Part shown: positions 1-12,400 of the stretch, in pieces
Numbering within the stretch: the stretch's first letter is position 1
Layout: each line of letters begins with the position of its first letter
Assembly (NCBI GenBank): GCA_034780895.1
Contig: JAUZTB010000079.1
Span: 17,998,365 to 18,062,364 of the forward strand
DNA from: Rhynchobatus australiae
Taxonomy: Eukaryota
Direction: 5' to 3'
DNA: 64,000 bases
Translations under genes and position numbers: made by a program
The notes under the pieces: generated by a model
The model's input: only the letters and a program-made list of their open reading frames with translations
What the model was told of the DNA's origin: nothing
Database searches by the model: none

Positions 1-367
1 TGACTGGACACCTTATCCTGGATCTGGACCATTCCCAACCCCAGCTGCACACTGGCTAGTATTACACTACATGCCAGCAGAAGTCATCAAATGCAACCCA
101 TCTCTGGATCCTACAAGACACGGCACTGGAATAACATGCAATGTTCACTGACGTATGAGTAACATGGCAGAACCCACAAGTACACAGACAGTATGTCAGC
201 AGATAATGAGGACCGTGTAATCATAAAAATCTCTTCAAACACATCCCATTTTCCATGACCCCATGATCTATATCAAAACAAACTATAACATTTAAAGTAA
301 ATAGTATAACATTTTGGTATAACTGCACCTTTATGAGGGAAGTGCCCATTAATAAACATCCACTTAC

Positions 368-485
368 TTTGGCTCAGAGGTGATTACAATGACGCATTTC
401 CGCTGAGCTCCAACACTTGTCCAGTTTTTAGCTAATGCAACCATAGCTCCAGCATCAAGTAGTCCATACCCATAGGAGTGACTGA
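368..485 (-). CDS. FURIN: Furin exon 12 (end of catalytic domain, start of P domain)
   Basis: Acceptor ttacag|TC and donor AA|gtaagt; 118 nt; (V)[39 protein letters not shown], with N-glycosylation sequon NWT. Confidence 0.95.
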
Positions 486-3400
486 CTGTAAGAGTAGGGG
501 AACATCTCACTACTACATCACGGAAATAATCCCATCTCTTTGATACAGTTGAGTTGACAATAGGTTGTATACACACAAAGCATTTTAAGAAACCCCTAAC
601 AATCTATGAAATAACTAAGCAGTGTGGGGTGGGGGAGAGACACAGAAAAGGAACTGCGGTGGAAGGAAAAAGGATGTTGAGGAGAGAAAAATTTCAATAA
701 CATCTGAAATGTTGAATCTTTTTTCAACTTAATTGTAAAAGTTCAAACTGCAATTTTATCACCAAGACTGAAGGTGTGGAAGCAGCTCAAGGGTTAATAG
801 GACATGACACATCAAATGCTGCAGTCTCTGTGGGATCCTAATTTATGCAGAAGACAAAAAATGCTCTGCCTTTTTCTAGAGATTTTTCCCCACTCTGTAG
901 TGATCAAAATAACAGTGAAAAGTTCTATCGCAGCACTGCAGAGCAACTAAAGAGGTCCATTGCAGATTTACGAGAACGTTGCCCACGATGGAATGCCTCA
1001 GTTATGAGGAGAGACTGAATAGCCTGGGTTTGCTTTCTTTGGAGTGGGGAAGGCTGATGGGGGTGGGGAAGGCTGATGGGGGTGGGGAAGGCTGATGGGG
1101 GTGGGGAAGGCTGATGGGGGTGGGGGGGGGGCCGGGGAAATCTGATGAGGGGCACAGATATGGGAGACAGTAGGAAACTTTTCCTTACGGCAGAGGTGTC
1201 TAAATCCATAGGGTACAAGTTTAAGGTAAGAAATAAGAGGGCTAGAGGGCATCTGAGGAAAATTTTACCCATGTGGCTGGAATCTGGAATGCAGTACGAG
1301 ATATTGGAGGGAGAAAGTGAGGTTAATGGAAGGTACTGCACAAAAGCTTTACGAAACATTATATGGAGGCACAGTTTCATCATGCAGAAAAGATTTACTG
1401 AACAAACTGTTCTCATTAACATGCTTGCAGAAAGATATCCAAACAAACCAACTCTCAATCTACTGCAAGTGTTAAACAAGATCACTATCGCGAGAGAAGG
1501 CAACTGGACACAACCTGATCAAAAAACAGATTAAATGATAAGGTGAAAAAAAACTGTAATAATGGAACCACCAAACAAAATGTATTTAAAATCAGAAGGA
1601 ACTGGGATGATGTGCCAGATCGATGAAAGGGAGAAACATCAGGTGCACCAGTTTCAGCTGGACACTGATAGCAAAGTAAGGGTACCAGCTTGGATGAGCA
1701 AAACGGATTGTCTCTTAATCATGCTTTCATTGCCAGGAGGTACCCAACACAAAACGGATCATTCAGATGCCATTGTTACCTTTGCGGCCAACTCCATTTG
1801 TAATCCAGTCGTTGGAGGAGAGGTGGGCTGGTTTGGATGTACGTACTACAAGGTGCTGCATGTCACGCCAGGTGAGATTTTTACTTGGAAGGGAGGAGAG
1901 GAAAAATCAATGAATTAGATGAGCTTTTCTGTACCACTGGTAACGTTGAGTACAGTTTTCCCTCAGGGAATGCTCCCCATTCTTCTACTTTCAATATTAA
2001 AAGAATAGCATTGCAAAGGATGGCAAAACCACAGCCAATCACCTTTTACTTGTTTGGTTAAGGCATTACAGATCTTCATCGAGTTGCAATGTAAATCTGC
2101 TCAACCTTATCCATCGATCTGATCTTGTCCAAAGTTGCATTTGAACTTCGAGCAATTCAGAAGTTCCAGGTTTGATCTTCAGCCTAATGTACTTGTCGGG
2201 GTTATCCACTTCTTTTAGAATGTACATTTGTCTGGAACAGGCTCATCCCAAACAGCTGCGTAACACAGGACTCTGTGCTTTGTGGAGCTGTTCCTAGGGA
2301 TGCACACAAAAACAAACATCAACTGTCCCTTGGAGATTACCGGCTTGGCAAAAAGTGCACTTTGGTCTGCATTAAAACTTGCTGGTCTTCCACTGCAAGG
2401 GCCTGTCCATAAGGGATTAATTTAGTTAGGCATTTAATTAGCTCAGCACAACATGGTGGGCCAAAGAGCTTGTTCCTGTGCCATACATGTAAATATACGA
2501 TGGAATCATGAATTCCCACCTTTTCTCAACTGTGAAGTACCACTGAAATATTGTCTCCTGAGGAAGCGTGCCTCTGGGCATATGCAAAATGCACTTGTTT
2601 CTGGCATGGGAGATGAGCTTGACAGGCAACAGATGTTAACTAGTTAGCAACTGACGTTAACTGTTTAAAGGTCCTCAACATCAAACATCACTTCTCTTCT
2701 CATAAATGCTGCCTGACCTGCTGAGTATTTCCAATACTCCCCGTTTTTACTTCAGATTTCCAGCAGCTGCAATTTATTTGGTTTTTGAATCATGGAAGCA
2801 GGTGGACTGCTGCCATGGGCTGAGAGTTCTTGTCATTTCAGCACTGGGGGATTTGTCAGGGGGGTGGGGAAATCAAATGAGGGATGATACAACAAAAAAC
2901 ATCCAGGAAGCTGGTTCCCCGCAGTGATTGCTGACACTACTGAAGTATCAGGTTAGTACAGCATTGGCCTCAATGCTTTTGTGGTCCAACAGCCTGACGA
3001 CACTTCAGTCCTGTGTCAAGAATGGAACCGGCAGGAGCCAAGCATCTGCAGAAGGGGGGGAAAAGAGGAGGAAATTGGAGGGCAAAGGACGGCAACAGGG
3101 AACACAAACAAAGCTTTGATTCTAAAACCTTGAACAGTAACATGACACATCATTATCCTCTGCCTCAATAAGGGCAATCACAATTATGAAGAATTGTCAG
3201 GGGAACGAGGGAAAAAGGCGAAAGGACAGTATGAGCAGTAGCAGATTTTTAAGCAGTTATGTCATTAAACTCAGCAGAAACTTATCCCAATCAGAAAGGA
3301 TGACTCAATGAGTAAGACAAATCCAGAGTAAGTAAAAAGTTGATAAAGGAAATTATTATATTTTGAATTAGAGCAGATATATATATATTAGTAGCAAAAG

Positions 3401-6400
3401 CTAGTGGTAGCAAAAAGACCAGCATTTCCACCTCCTTGCCTCCCCACAAATGAGGGAGAAAAGCTGATGAGGGAGAAAACTGATAGAGAATAAAAGGGCA
3501 AGAGCTTCAATGGATAGATGAAAGGGAAGAGGGTAACTAATGTAAGTGTTGGACCCCTGTAGAGAGAGACTGGGGAATTAATGAGAAACAAGGAAGAAGG
3601 AGTAGATAATTTAAACCAATATCTTGCATATCTTCACAGTGAAGGATACTTCAAGTAATTGGGCTACTTTCAAATAGAAATAGAGAGGAAGAACTTATTA
3701 AAAAAATCCCTGTCACAAAGGACAAAGTATTGGAAAAGTTTGTATGACTAAAGGCAGACAAGCCATTCAAGACCCAAACCGAACTGCCTACATCCAAGGG
3801 CTTTAAAAGTGGCTGCAGAGATAACAGAGCTATTGCTACTGAGTGTTCCAAAACTTGGAGTTCTGGGAGTGCAGCAGTTGATTAGAAAACCACAAATGTG
3901 ACTCCCTTGTTCAAGAAGGAAGGGAGACAAAAAACCAAAAACTGTTGGTCAATTAGCTTAACAGTTTTGTTGGGTACTGGAGTCTGCAATCATGGAAGAA
4001 ATAGCTCAACATTTAGAGAAGCTTAATGTAATCAAACTGAGTCAAAACGAGTTTACGAAAGAAAACTGTGTTTAGCAAATTTGCTACAGCTCTGAGGAAG
4101 TAACAAGCAGAGTTGATAAAGGGGAACCCATAGACGTATCATATGTGGATTTCCAAAAGTCATTTGATAGGGTGCCACGTAAAAGGCTGGTGCATGAGAT
4201 AAGAGCTGATAGAGGAAGTGTGTTGATGTGGACTAAAGGCTGATTATCACATAGTAAAGAGTCAGAATAAATCTGTATTTTCAGAATGAAAGGATGTAAC
4301 TAGCACTGGACCCTCAATTATTGCAAGATATTCAAGTTTGCTGACAACAGGAAAATACATGGGAGGGCACGTGCGATGAAGATATTTGGGCTAGTAATTG
4401 GACATAGGTTGAGTGAGTGGGCGAAATCTTAGCAAACGGGAGTTCAATGTAGTCAAGCGCAAGGTCATGCACTTCAGTACAGGGAATGAAAAGGCAGATT
4501 ATCTCAATGGTGAAAGACTGTAAATAAACAAAGTACAGAGAGATCAAGGTGTTCTTGTGCATGAAGCTAGCATGCAGGTGCAGCAATTAATTAGAACGTT
4601 GACCTTTATTACTCAGGGGTTGGAGTTTAAAAATAGAGAAGTAGTGTTACGATTGTACAAGGTAATGTGAGCCGCACCTGGAGTTCTGTGTACAGTTTTT
4701 GATTTCCTTATTTAAGATATACTAGCATTTGAGGCAGTCCAGTATGGATTCACTAGGATCCTGGGGATGAGAGGGCTACTCTATCACAAAGGGCTCAAAT
4801 AGTTAGACCTATATTCCAGAAGAATGAGGGGTGATCTCACTGAAATAGCCAAGATCCTTAGGGGTCACAACAGGGCAGATACTGAAATGTTTCCATCAAT
4901 GGGAGGGTCTTGAACGAGGGGGTCATTAGTTACTGAGGTATGTAGGAATTTCTTCTTGGTGAATCGATGGAATTTTCTACACAGAGGGTTGTTGAAGCCC
5001 CATTATTGAAGATATTTGAAGAGAAGCAAAGATCAGGAATTGAAGGCTATGGGTAGCTGCAACAGAACTTCGAGGCCTGGGCCAGATAAGCCATAATCAA
5101 GTTGACAGATCAGGTGGCCTACTTCTGGTATTCTTGATGATACCACTTGTTAATTTTTTTTTAAATGTTGAAAATAGCTAGAATTTAACCTTAACTGGAA
5201 ATTTACTGCACAAAACATTATGCCATCAGCCAAGAGGGGGATTTAACCATGGTGCTTACTTTGCCTCCAGTGCAAGGGCAATGATTCCAGCAGCAAGAGG
5301 AGCAGAGGCAGAGGTTCCTGTGTGTGACTCTGTGCACTTCTGTCTGAGGTCTGTGGTAACCTGAGCAAAAATAAAAAGGGACATCTGTTAATGAGGTACA
5401 TGAACAACCAGAATCTCCAATTTCAGTCAGATGATAGAACTGGCTCGAAGTGCTGGGAACCCAAAATAAAATAGCAACATGCTGGAAAAGCACAGCAGGT
5501 CTGTCTGCAATAGTCTCAAAGTGAAACAGTAAACAATCTTTTTGATTCACACCAGTTACATTTTCTGCTGTGATCGCAAAACATTCTCAAAAATGTCAAT
5601 TGAGCAGTCATACTCCATTGATTCAGTGTCCCTTCCTTCAACATTCAGGCCTATCTGATGACCCAACACTAAAATCAATTTGTACCCAGACATGGTCAAA
5701 AGTTGCTGTACACTAGCTGGTATTAATTGGCAACATACTCAAGCTTTATACTCCATGGGGTAGGAATGAGATCAAAGTGCTCTCGCTCTTTACTCACTGC
5801 AGCTTTTAATGGTTCCACTGAGACTTTGTCTCATTATTAGCAAATATGCCTTTGGCATCAAATAATGATTTGCTTCCTCACGAACATCAATTGGGCATAC
5901 AAAAATCACAATAACCAGCCACCCCCTTTACCAGCTGTGTGGCCATTTTGAAAACATGAGTAGACAGATGATTTGACCTGAATATGAATTGCAACCAGAT
6001 TAACCCTACCTTCAACAGCCAGTTAGTAATCGTGAAAGTCAATTGTAGCATCTTAACTGTGACCCATTTTAGATTAGTCAACTCAACATGGATTGGGAAT
6101 GATCAAGCAGGGTTTAATCCATATTGCCCTTCCACTCTGTGGAGGTATTGATATTTCACTAGGGCTCTCATTAGAACAATGTTCAATGGGAATTTGAAAG
6201 AGGAGACGTCTTCAGGCAAAAACCCTCATCGGACTCCAGGAGTGAACAGTAAAGCAGTTACAATTTTCAAAGTCAACAAATGCACTGAAAGAGTGAAGGA
6301 TGAGGCACGGTAAAGTCAGTTTAACACAAATAACAATGGATTATTAACTGCTTAAATACATAAAGGACTCAATAGTTTGAGAAACAAAAATCAAACCAAT

Positions 6401-9400
6401 CAGAAGCAACTCCTTTTCTTCAAGAAAATACAAATGGCCCGACTCAGTTATGCTTCACATTTCCAGTGTCAAAATAACTGTTTGTTTGGTCAAATCCTTC
6501 AACTACCCCATATCCTGAGGATACCAGAAGCAGCAAGCAAATGGATTCCCAATATGTGGTAACATTAAATAACAGAAAAATGTGCTAGGAATTTCAGTGA
6601 CATGTTAATAATAACTGCTTTGGTGCTCTCAGGAAGCAAAGAAATCAGTTGTGTGGAGATGGATAATACAGTGACATCTGCACCTCCTATCACTGGCTGC
6701 TATGAACTGAATTAGCTGTGAGTAATCTTAAGGCACACACCATACTGCACCAAACACATTCATACTAATTTAGGCACAGAAAGATAACTTGCACTAATAT
6801 GTCTGTTCATCGCCAGCTTCACTTCACTGGTTAATTCTGACCCAAGTTTTTCCAAGTCTAGATACATCTTTGAATATTTTTGAGGAAGTAACTATAAAAA
6901 AGGTAACTGAAGTAACTAAATATCCGCTTGTGCACTTCTGCTAATGAAAAAGGATCAGAAGATTGTCCTTAAGTTTTTCCACAATTTAAATTATGATTTT
7001 ATAATACAATTTCAAAATGGTTACGGATTATTCCACCACCATTACATCAACAAGTGAAACAAGGCATACAATGGAATACACTTTGGTGACAATTACACTT
7101 TACCAATGAAATAACTACTTACAATCTGCTTTTCAAATTGCCCTCCACTGCTGTACGTGGTAGCAAGTGTTGAGGAGCATGCTTCACTATACCATGGCAC
7201 ATTCCCATTTTGAGTTGTGCTGCTGATCGACAGGGTATAAATGCTGTTTGTGTATCCATCACAGTTACAGCTGTCCCGATCCCGGCCACCATTCCCAGAG
7301 GCCCACACGAAAATCGAGCCGAGACCCCGACGTCCCTGTGAACAGTGAACCAAAACACAATTAACATTGTGCAACTCGAGTCCCAAATTTCACAACAGCT
7401 GAAGAAAATTCAGTGATTGGACAATGTATTTAAAAATTTAAGCATTACATTTTCTATACCTTGACAATGTTTACGTTCCACAGATATGCATGCGCCACTG
7501 CACAAGAGTAAAATTCACTTTACCTGAGTAATGCCTTTAAAAAAGGCTGCTTGTGCTAGCTTAGCAGGTCCATCTACTGTCTTTCCATCATCTTCTGGAC
7601 CCCAGCTAGCACTATAGATGTCAATGTGCTGAGGATTCATGCTGAGAGACTGGGCTTCCACGGCATCAGTCACCTCTCCATCCAGCATCCGCACACCTAC
7701 AGAATCCCAAAGAATGTACATTAAGAGGCTGAACTGGCTGATGTAGCACAAAGCTTTGGTGACCTAGGCTCAAAGCTTAGTTGAGTATCAACTGGATGGC
7801 AAGGGATGATACAGAATAAAATTAATAAAAGAATAGAGAAACTAGGAATTTCTGCTGTTGTGTTGATTTCTAAATCCTTTCGGAAAAACAAATCTTCTAC
7901 AACAAGCCTTCAAAGAGTTTAATGACATTCATTATGTGCAATGTGAGGAATATGTATTTATGATAAATTGCAAAAAGCAGCAATGATGCAGGGAGAAGTG
8001 CCTCAAGTTTATATAGCAGAGACACTCAAACAGAAAATCCTGAGATTTTGTCCCCTGGTTGAGCGAACATCAGCCATGTCCTGATTCAGCAAGTAATCCT
8101 GGCATTCCNNNNNNNNNNNNNNNNNNNNNNNNNNNNNNNNNNNNNNNNNNNNNNNNNNNNNNNNNNNNNNNNNNNNNNNNNNNNNNNNNNNNNNAGGACC
8201 ACAAAATAAAACTAAAAGCAAAGTATTAAGGGAAAATGTCTATAGCTGAGTTGAACAAGTAGGCACCGAGAAGATACAGCTACAGAGGTAGAGAAGTTTA
8301 AGGAATACAGGTGCTCTCAGAAGGGCCATTCAAGCTGTCCAGAGCCTGTGAAGAGGATGCTGTCTGTTCATATCCCTCATCTTTATAGCACAAAAAGGGT
8401 AAAATCTCTTGCCATCAGCCTGGCCCTACAGTCACATACAGTGAAGGAATCGACTGAAAATAAACAGGTTATTTTTTTAAGAATTAAAATAGTGGACAAA
8501 ATTATAATTACAAATGCTTGAAATATTCAGTTGCAAATATTGCCAACAGCAACTGGGATGAGAGAAAGGTTCTTAAAAGATCAATCAGATTTTTTACTGC
8601 TGGGTGATACTGTTTGTAAAGATTAGATTTAATTGCCTTATTTTTAAGTAGCATGCTGACAATCATTAGCAAGCCTTGTGCCTAACAAACTGTAATTACA
8701 GCAATGTGCCTGAGGCAGGTGATGCCTGAAGTACTGACCCCCAAAGAACAAGTGAAGTGAAGAAAACACGAACTGAAAGGGGACATCAAGTAAAAATGGC
8801 ACAGAATCCTTATGAGAATATCTTGGGCTACTTTCCCTTCCTATTTCTTCCCTTTTCCCCTCACCCTACACCCCCCCCNNNNNNNNNNNNNNNNNNNNNN
8901 NNCATTCTAGATAGAGGTCACTCCACCCTGCTCCGGGGAACCAACATTTCCCTGCAGCTGCAAAGAAAAGATGGTCCCATTTCTTTGACTCAATGCCTGT
9001 CAGGCAGCATGGCTCAAGGTAAGAAATTCATTGCAACAGAGCTCAAAAGAAGCAGGCATTCCAAGGTGATGTTCCTTGCCACAGTGTTTCCAGGGCTACA
9101 ATCGGTAATAATTTGAGAGAAACAAAAAAGCAAAGCAGCACTTAAATAGAACAGTATGACAAGGAAAACCATCAAAATGGAATATCGCTGGAGGCAGCAA
9201 GGGAAAGAAAATGTCACTCACAGATTTATTCAGTAAAATGAAAATGATCATTATCCAATGTGCTGCGTTTTTTTTTATCTCAGTAATTAAATTAAAAATA
9301 AATCAAATGTTTGACCTTCATGAGTCTAGCAGGTTGTACCCTTCCAGTGACAGAACAATATAGTGCAGGAAAGCTTTCTGGCTCAGTCTCTGCTGCTGAG

Positions 9401-12400
9401 TTAGTACACCTCAGCCAGTGTGTGACGGATGCCCTCTGCTTGCCTGAATAATCCTGTTTGATTGGCACTCCTGGCTGCACTACCAGCATGCTGTGAACAC
9501 ACTGCAGTTATTTGCAGAGGCTCTTTCAAAAGCAGTTGCCAAACCTGACCTCTACCTTCTAGAAGGACAGAAGTCAACAAGAACGCATGTAGAGCACAGG
9601 CAGCAAGCTCTTCAACACACCATCCTGAAAATATTACTGATCCTTCATCACAGGCTAGGTCTGAATGCTGGAATGCCAATGGAAACATGTTCACATCACA
9701 CATACATTGCAGAGGTTCAAAAAAATACTTTCAAGAGGAAAATAGGGATGGGCAATAAATGCTGTCCTTGACAGAAAAACCTTTGTCTCACAAGAGAATT
9801 AAAGTTAGGATTCCAATGCAACTGACCTCATTGGATGGATGTTTGAGTGCAGCAGGAAAAATGTTACAAAATCCTTATTTCTGACCTCTGGAATGGGCTT
9901 TTATACTGAACAATGATTCCTCAAATTTTTGGACAGTGTTCAATAATCGATCACTTGGGCCTTCAAAATGAGTAGAATCTTATCCAAAAAAGAATGTCTT
10001 TCAGGGAGACTGGATTTAGGATTGGTGGGAAGGAATTACAGGCAGCAGAAGAACAGTTGAACGTACCTCCTATTCTGGCATTATATGCCACCCCCACTCC
10101 ACAAATCTCATTGTTAGCAGCAGCAGCCACTTCCCCAGCACATCGTGTTCCATGTCTGTGAGAAATGGAAAAAACAATGCAAATCAGTATGCAGATATTT
10201 ATACATGAATGCATTTTCTGAAAAATACATTTGCATATCACCACTCCTATCATTTCATTCCCATCTTCAACCGTATCTTTACATAGGCACCAACATCTGA
10301 ACCACCCCATGGAAAAGAATCACAAGACATAAACAGGCGTTTCAGGACACCGTGCCCATGTTGATCAGCAGTTGGCCTGCAAGCTTCTATGCCTTGGTGA
10401 TTCAAGTGCTCATCTCGATACTTATGTGGTGAGACACTCCACACTACTGAATGTAACAATCATGAATGTTAAGCTTTTGTATTTTGCACTGTTTTCTTCC
10501 TTTGCATAAACTTTATTCATAATGAAAAAAAATGGATTTTTGAAATTAAAAAAAGAGAGACTCTTCCTCCACCACATACCCAAGTAGCATGTCCCAGGCT
10601 GCAACCATGCTCTGAGCGAAGTTATTCCTCAGGTCCCCTCTAAACCTCCCACCCCTTACCTAAACCTATGCTCTCTAGTTTTACATACTGTACCTCTGCT
10701 ATGGGAAAAGTTTCCTGTTATCAACCCTGTCTATGCCCTTTATTGTGTTTTTATACCTCAGTCAGGTACCCACCCCTAGCCTACTCCACTCCAAGGAAAG
10801 TTAACATAGCCCCATCCCAGGTAACATCCTGGTGAGTTCCCCTCCAGTCACTTATCCCTGCAACCACGCTAAGCCCCTACACCTCCTCCCTCACCATTCT
10901 TTCCGGTCCTGATGAAGGGGCTCAACCCAAACCATTGGTTGTCCATTTCCCCCCCACAGATTCTGCCTGACCCGCTGAGTTCCTCCAGTTCCTTTGTTTT
11001 TTGATCCTGGCAAATCTCCTCTACACCCTCTCCAGTGGAATCATGCCCTTCCTATAATGTGGTGACCAGAATGACACACAGTAGTACAGTTGTGGCCTAA
11101 CCAATGTTTTATAAAGCTGTACAATAACCTCCCTGTTCTTATATTCTAGGCCCTAGCTAATGAAGGCAAGAATCATATGCCACTTACACAATCTTATCTA
11201 TCTGTGTTGGCATCTTCAAGAATCTTGGATTTGTAAACCAAAGTACCTCTGTTCCTCAATACTCCCTTGGGCAATACTATTTGTTGCATACATTCTACTT
11301 GTTTTAGACCTCCCAGAGTGCATCATCTTGAACTCACCAGTATTAAATTCTATTGCTCTACCCATCTGACCAACTGATCAATATCAACCCGTAGCCAATG
11401 ATGATCCTCCTCATCATTAAGGCCACCAACAATTTCTGCATACTTTCAATTGTATGCCTACATTCACATGTAACTTGTTAAGGCACATAACACGAAGGGC
11501 CCCTGTGGTAAATCAATGATCATAGGTTTCCAATTACCACAACCCTACATCACCCTCTGCCTCCTATTACCAAGCCAATCTTGGATTCAATTTGCCAACT
11601 TGCCTTGGTTCGAATGGGCTGTAACTTTTTGGACGAACCTCGCTGATAGGACCTTGTTTAAAAGCCTTATTGAAGTCCATGTAGACTACAGCACCTACGC
11701 AGCCCTCATCAACACATTTACTATCTCTTCAAAAAAAATAAAAATGATCCTCATTAACACCAGCAAAACCTCATTACAAAGATGTAGCAGAGGTTGGAAC
11801 TTCTATCCAAATTGCCCTCAGCTGGGGTTGAACCTCCATTACTGGGTTTGCTTTCAGAAACACAACCACCTGCGACAAACTTGCAATCACTGGCATTGAA
11901 TCTAATTTTGCCAAGATGCTCTGCCCATATTGGAAGGATAGAATCTATAATTAGACTGTTCATGCTTTTCATTTTGAGAGAATTTCACAGATGTACGACT
12001 GGGTTTTATTGAAATTCCACTGACAACAGCTGCCCAACAGCAAGATTCTCTTGGCCAAGTACCAACAAGGCAAATGTAACTGGCCTTCCTTTCAGTTTGT
12101 TTCCATGCTGAGCTGTCCAATTTTCCTAATGCTACTTCTTTATTGCTGCAAGTACCAGGGCATTGTTAACCAAGCAGAGATGCTGCAACAAATACCATTC
12201 TCTTTATTTTCACTAGCCTTCAAAATTCCTGAAGCTTCAGGGCCACAAGTGATGTGAAATTCCTGCTACTTATCAAAGGGACACTGGAGTGGACAGAACC
12301 AATACCATCACTGGATTCCTATAAAAGGTCCCCACTTGCTCACTTGCAAGCACGTTGATGTTATGCGCCAACAAGGTTTCTTAATGAATGTTTTCTTTTA

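Noticed and set aside
925-1534. ORFs of 192, 84 and 129 aa
   Set aside because: They arise from the G-rich minisatellite and a CR1 fragment; no independent gene structure.
1562-1918. 118-aa plus-strand ORF
   Set aside because: Antisense shadow of furin exon 11.
5218-5550. 110-aa minus-strand ORF
   Set aside because: Overlaps exon 10 in a non-furin frame.
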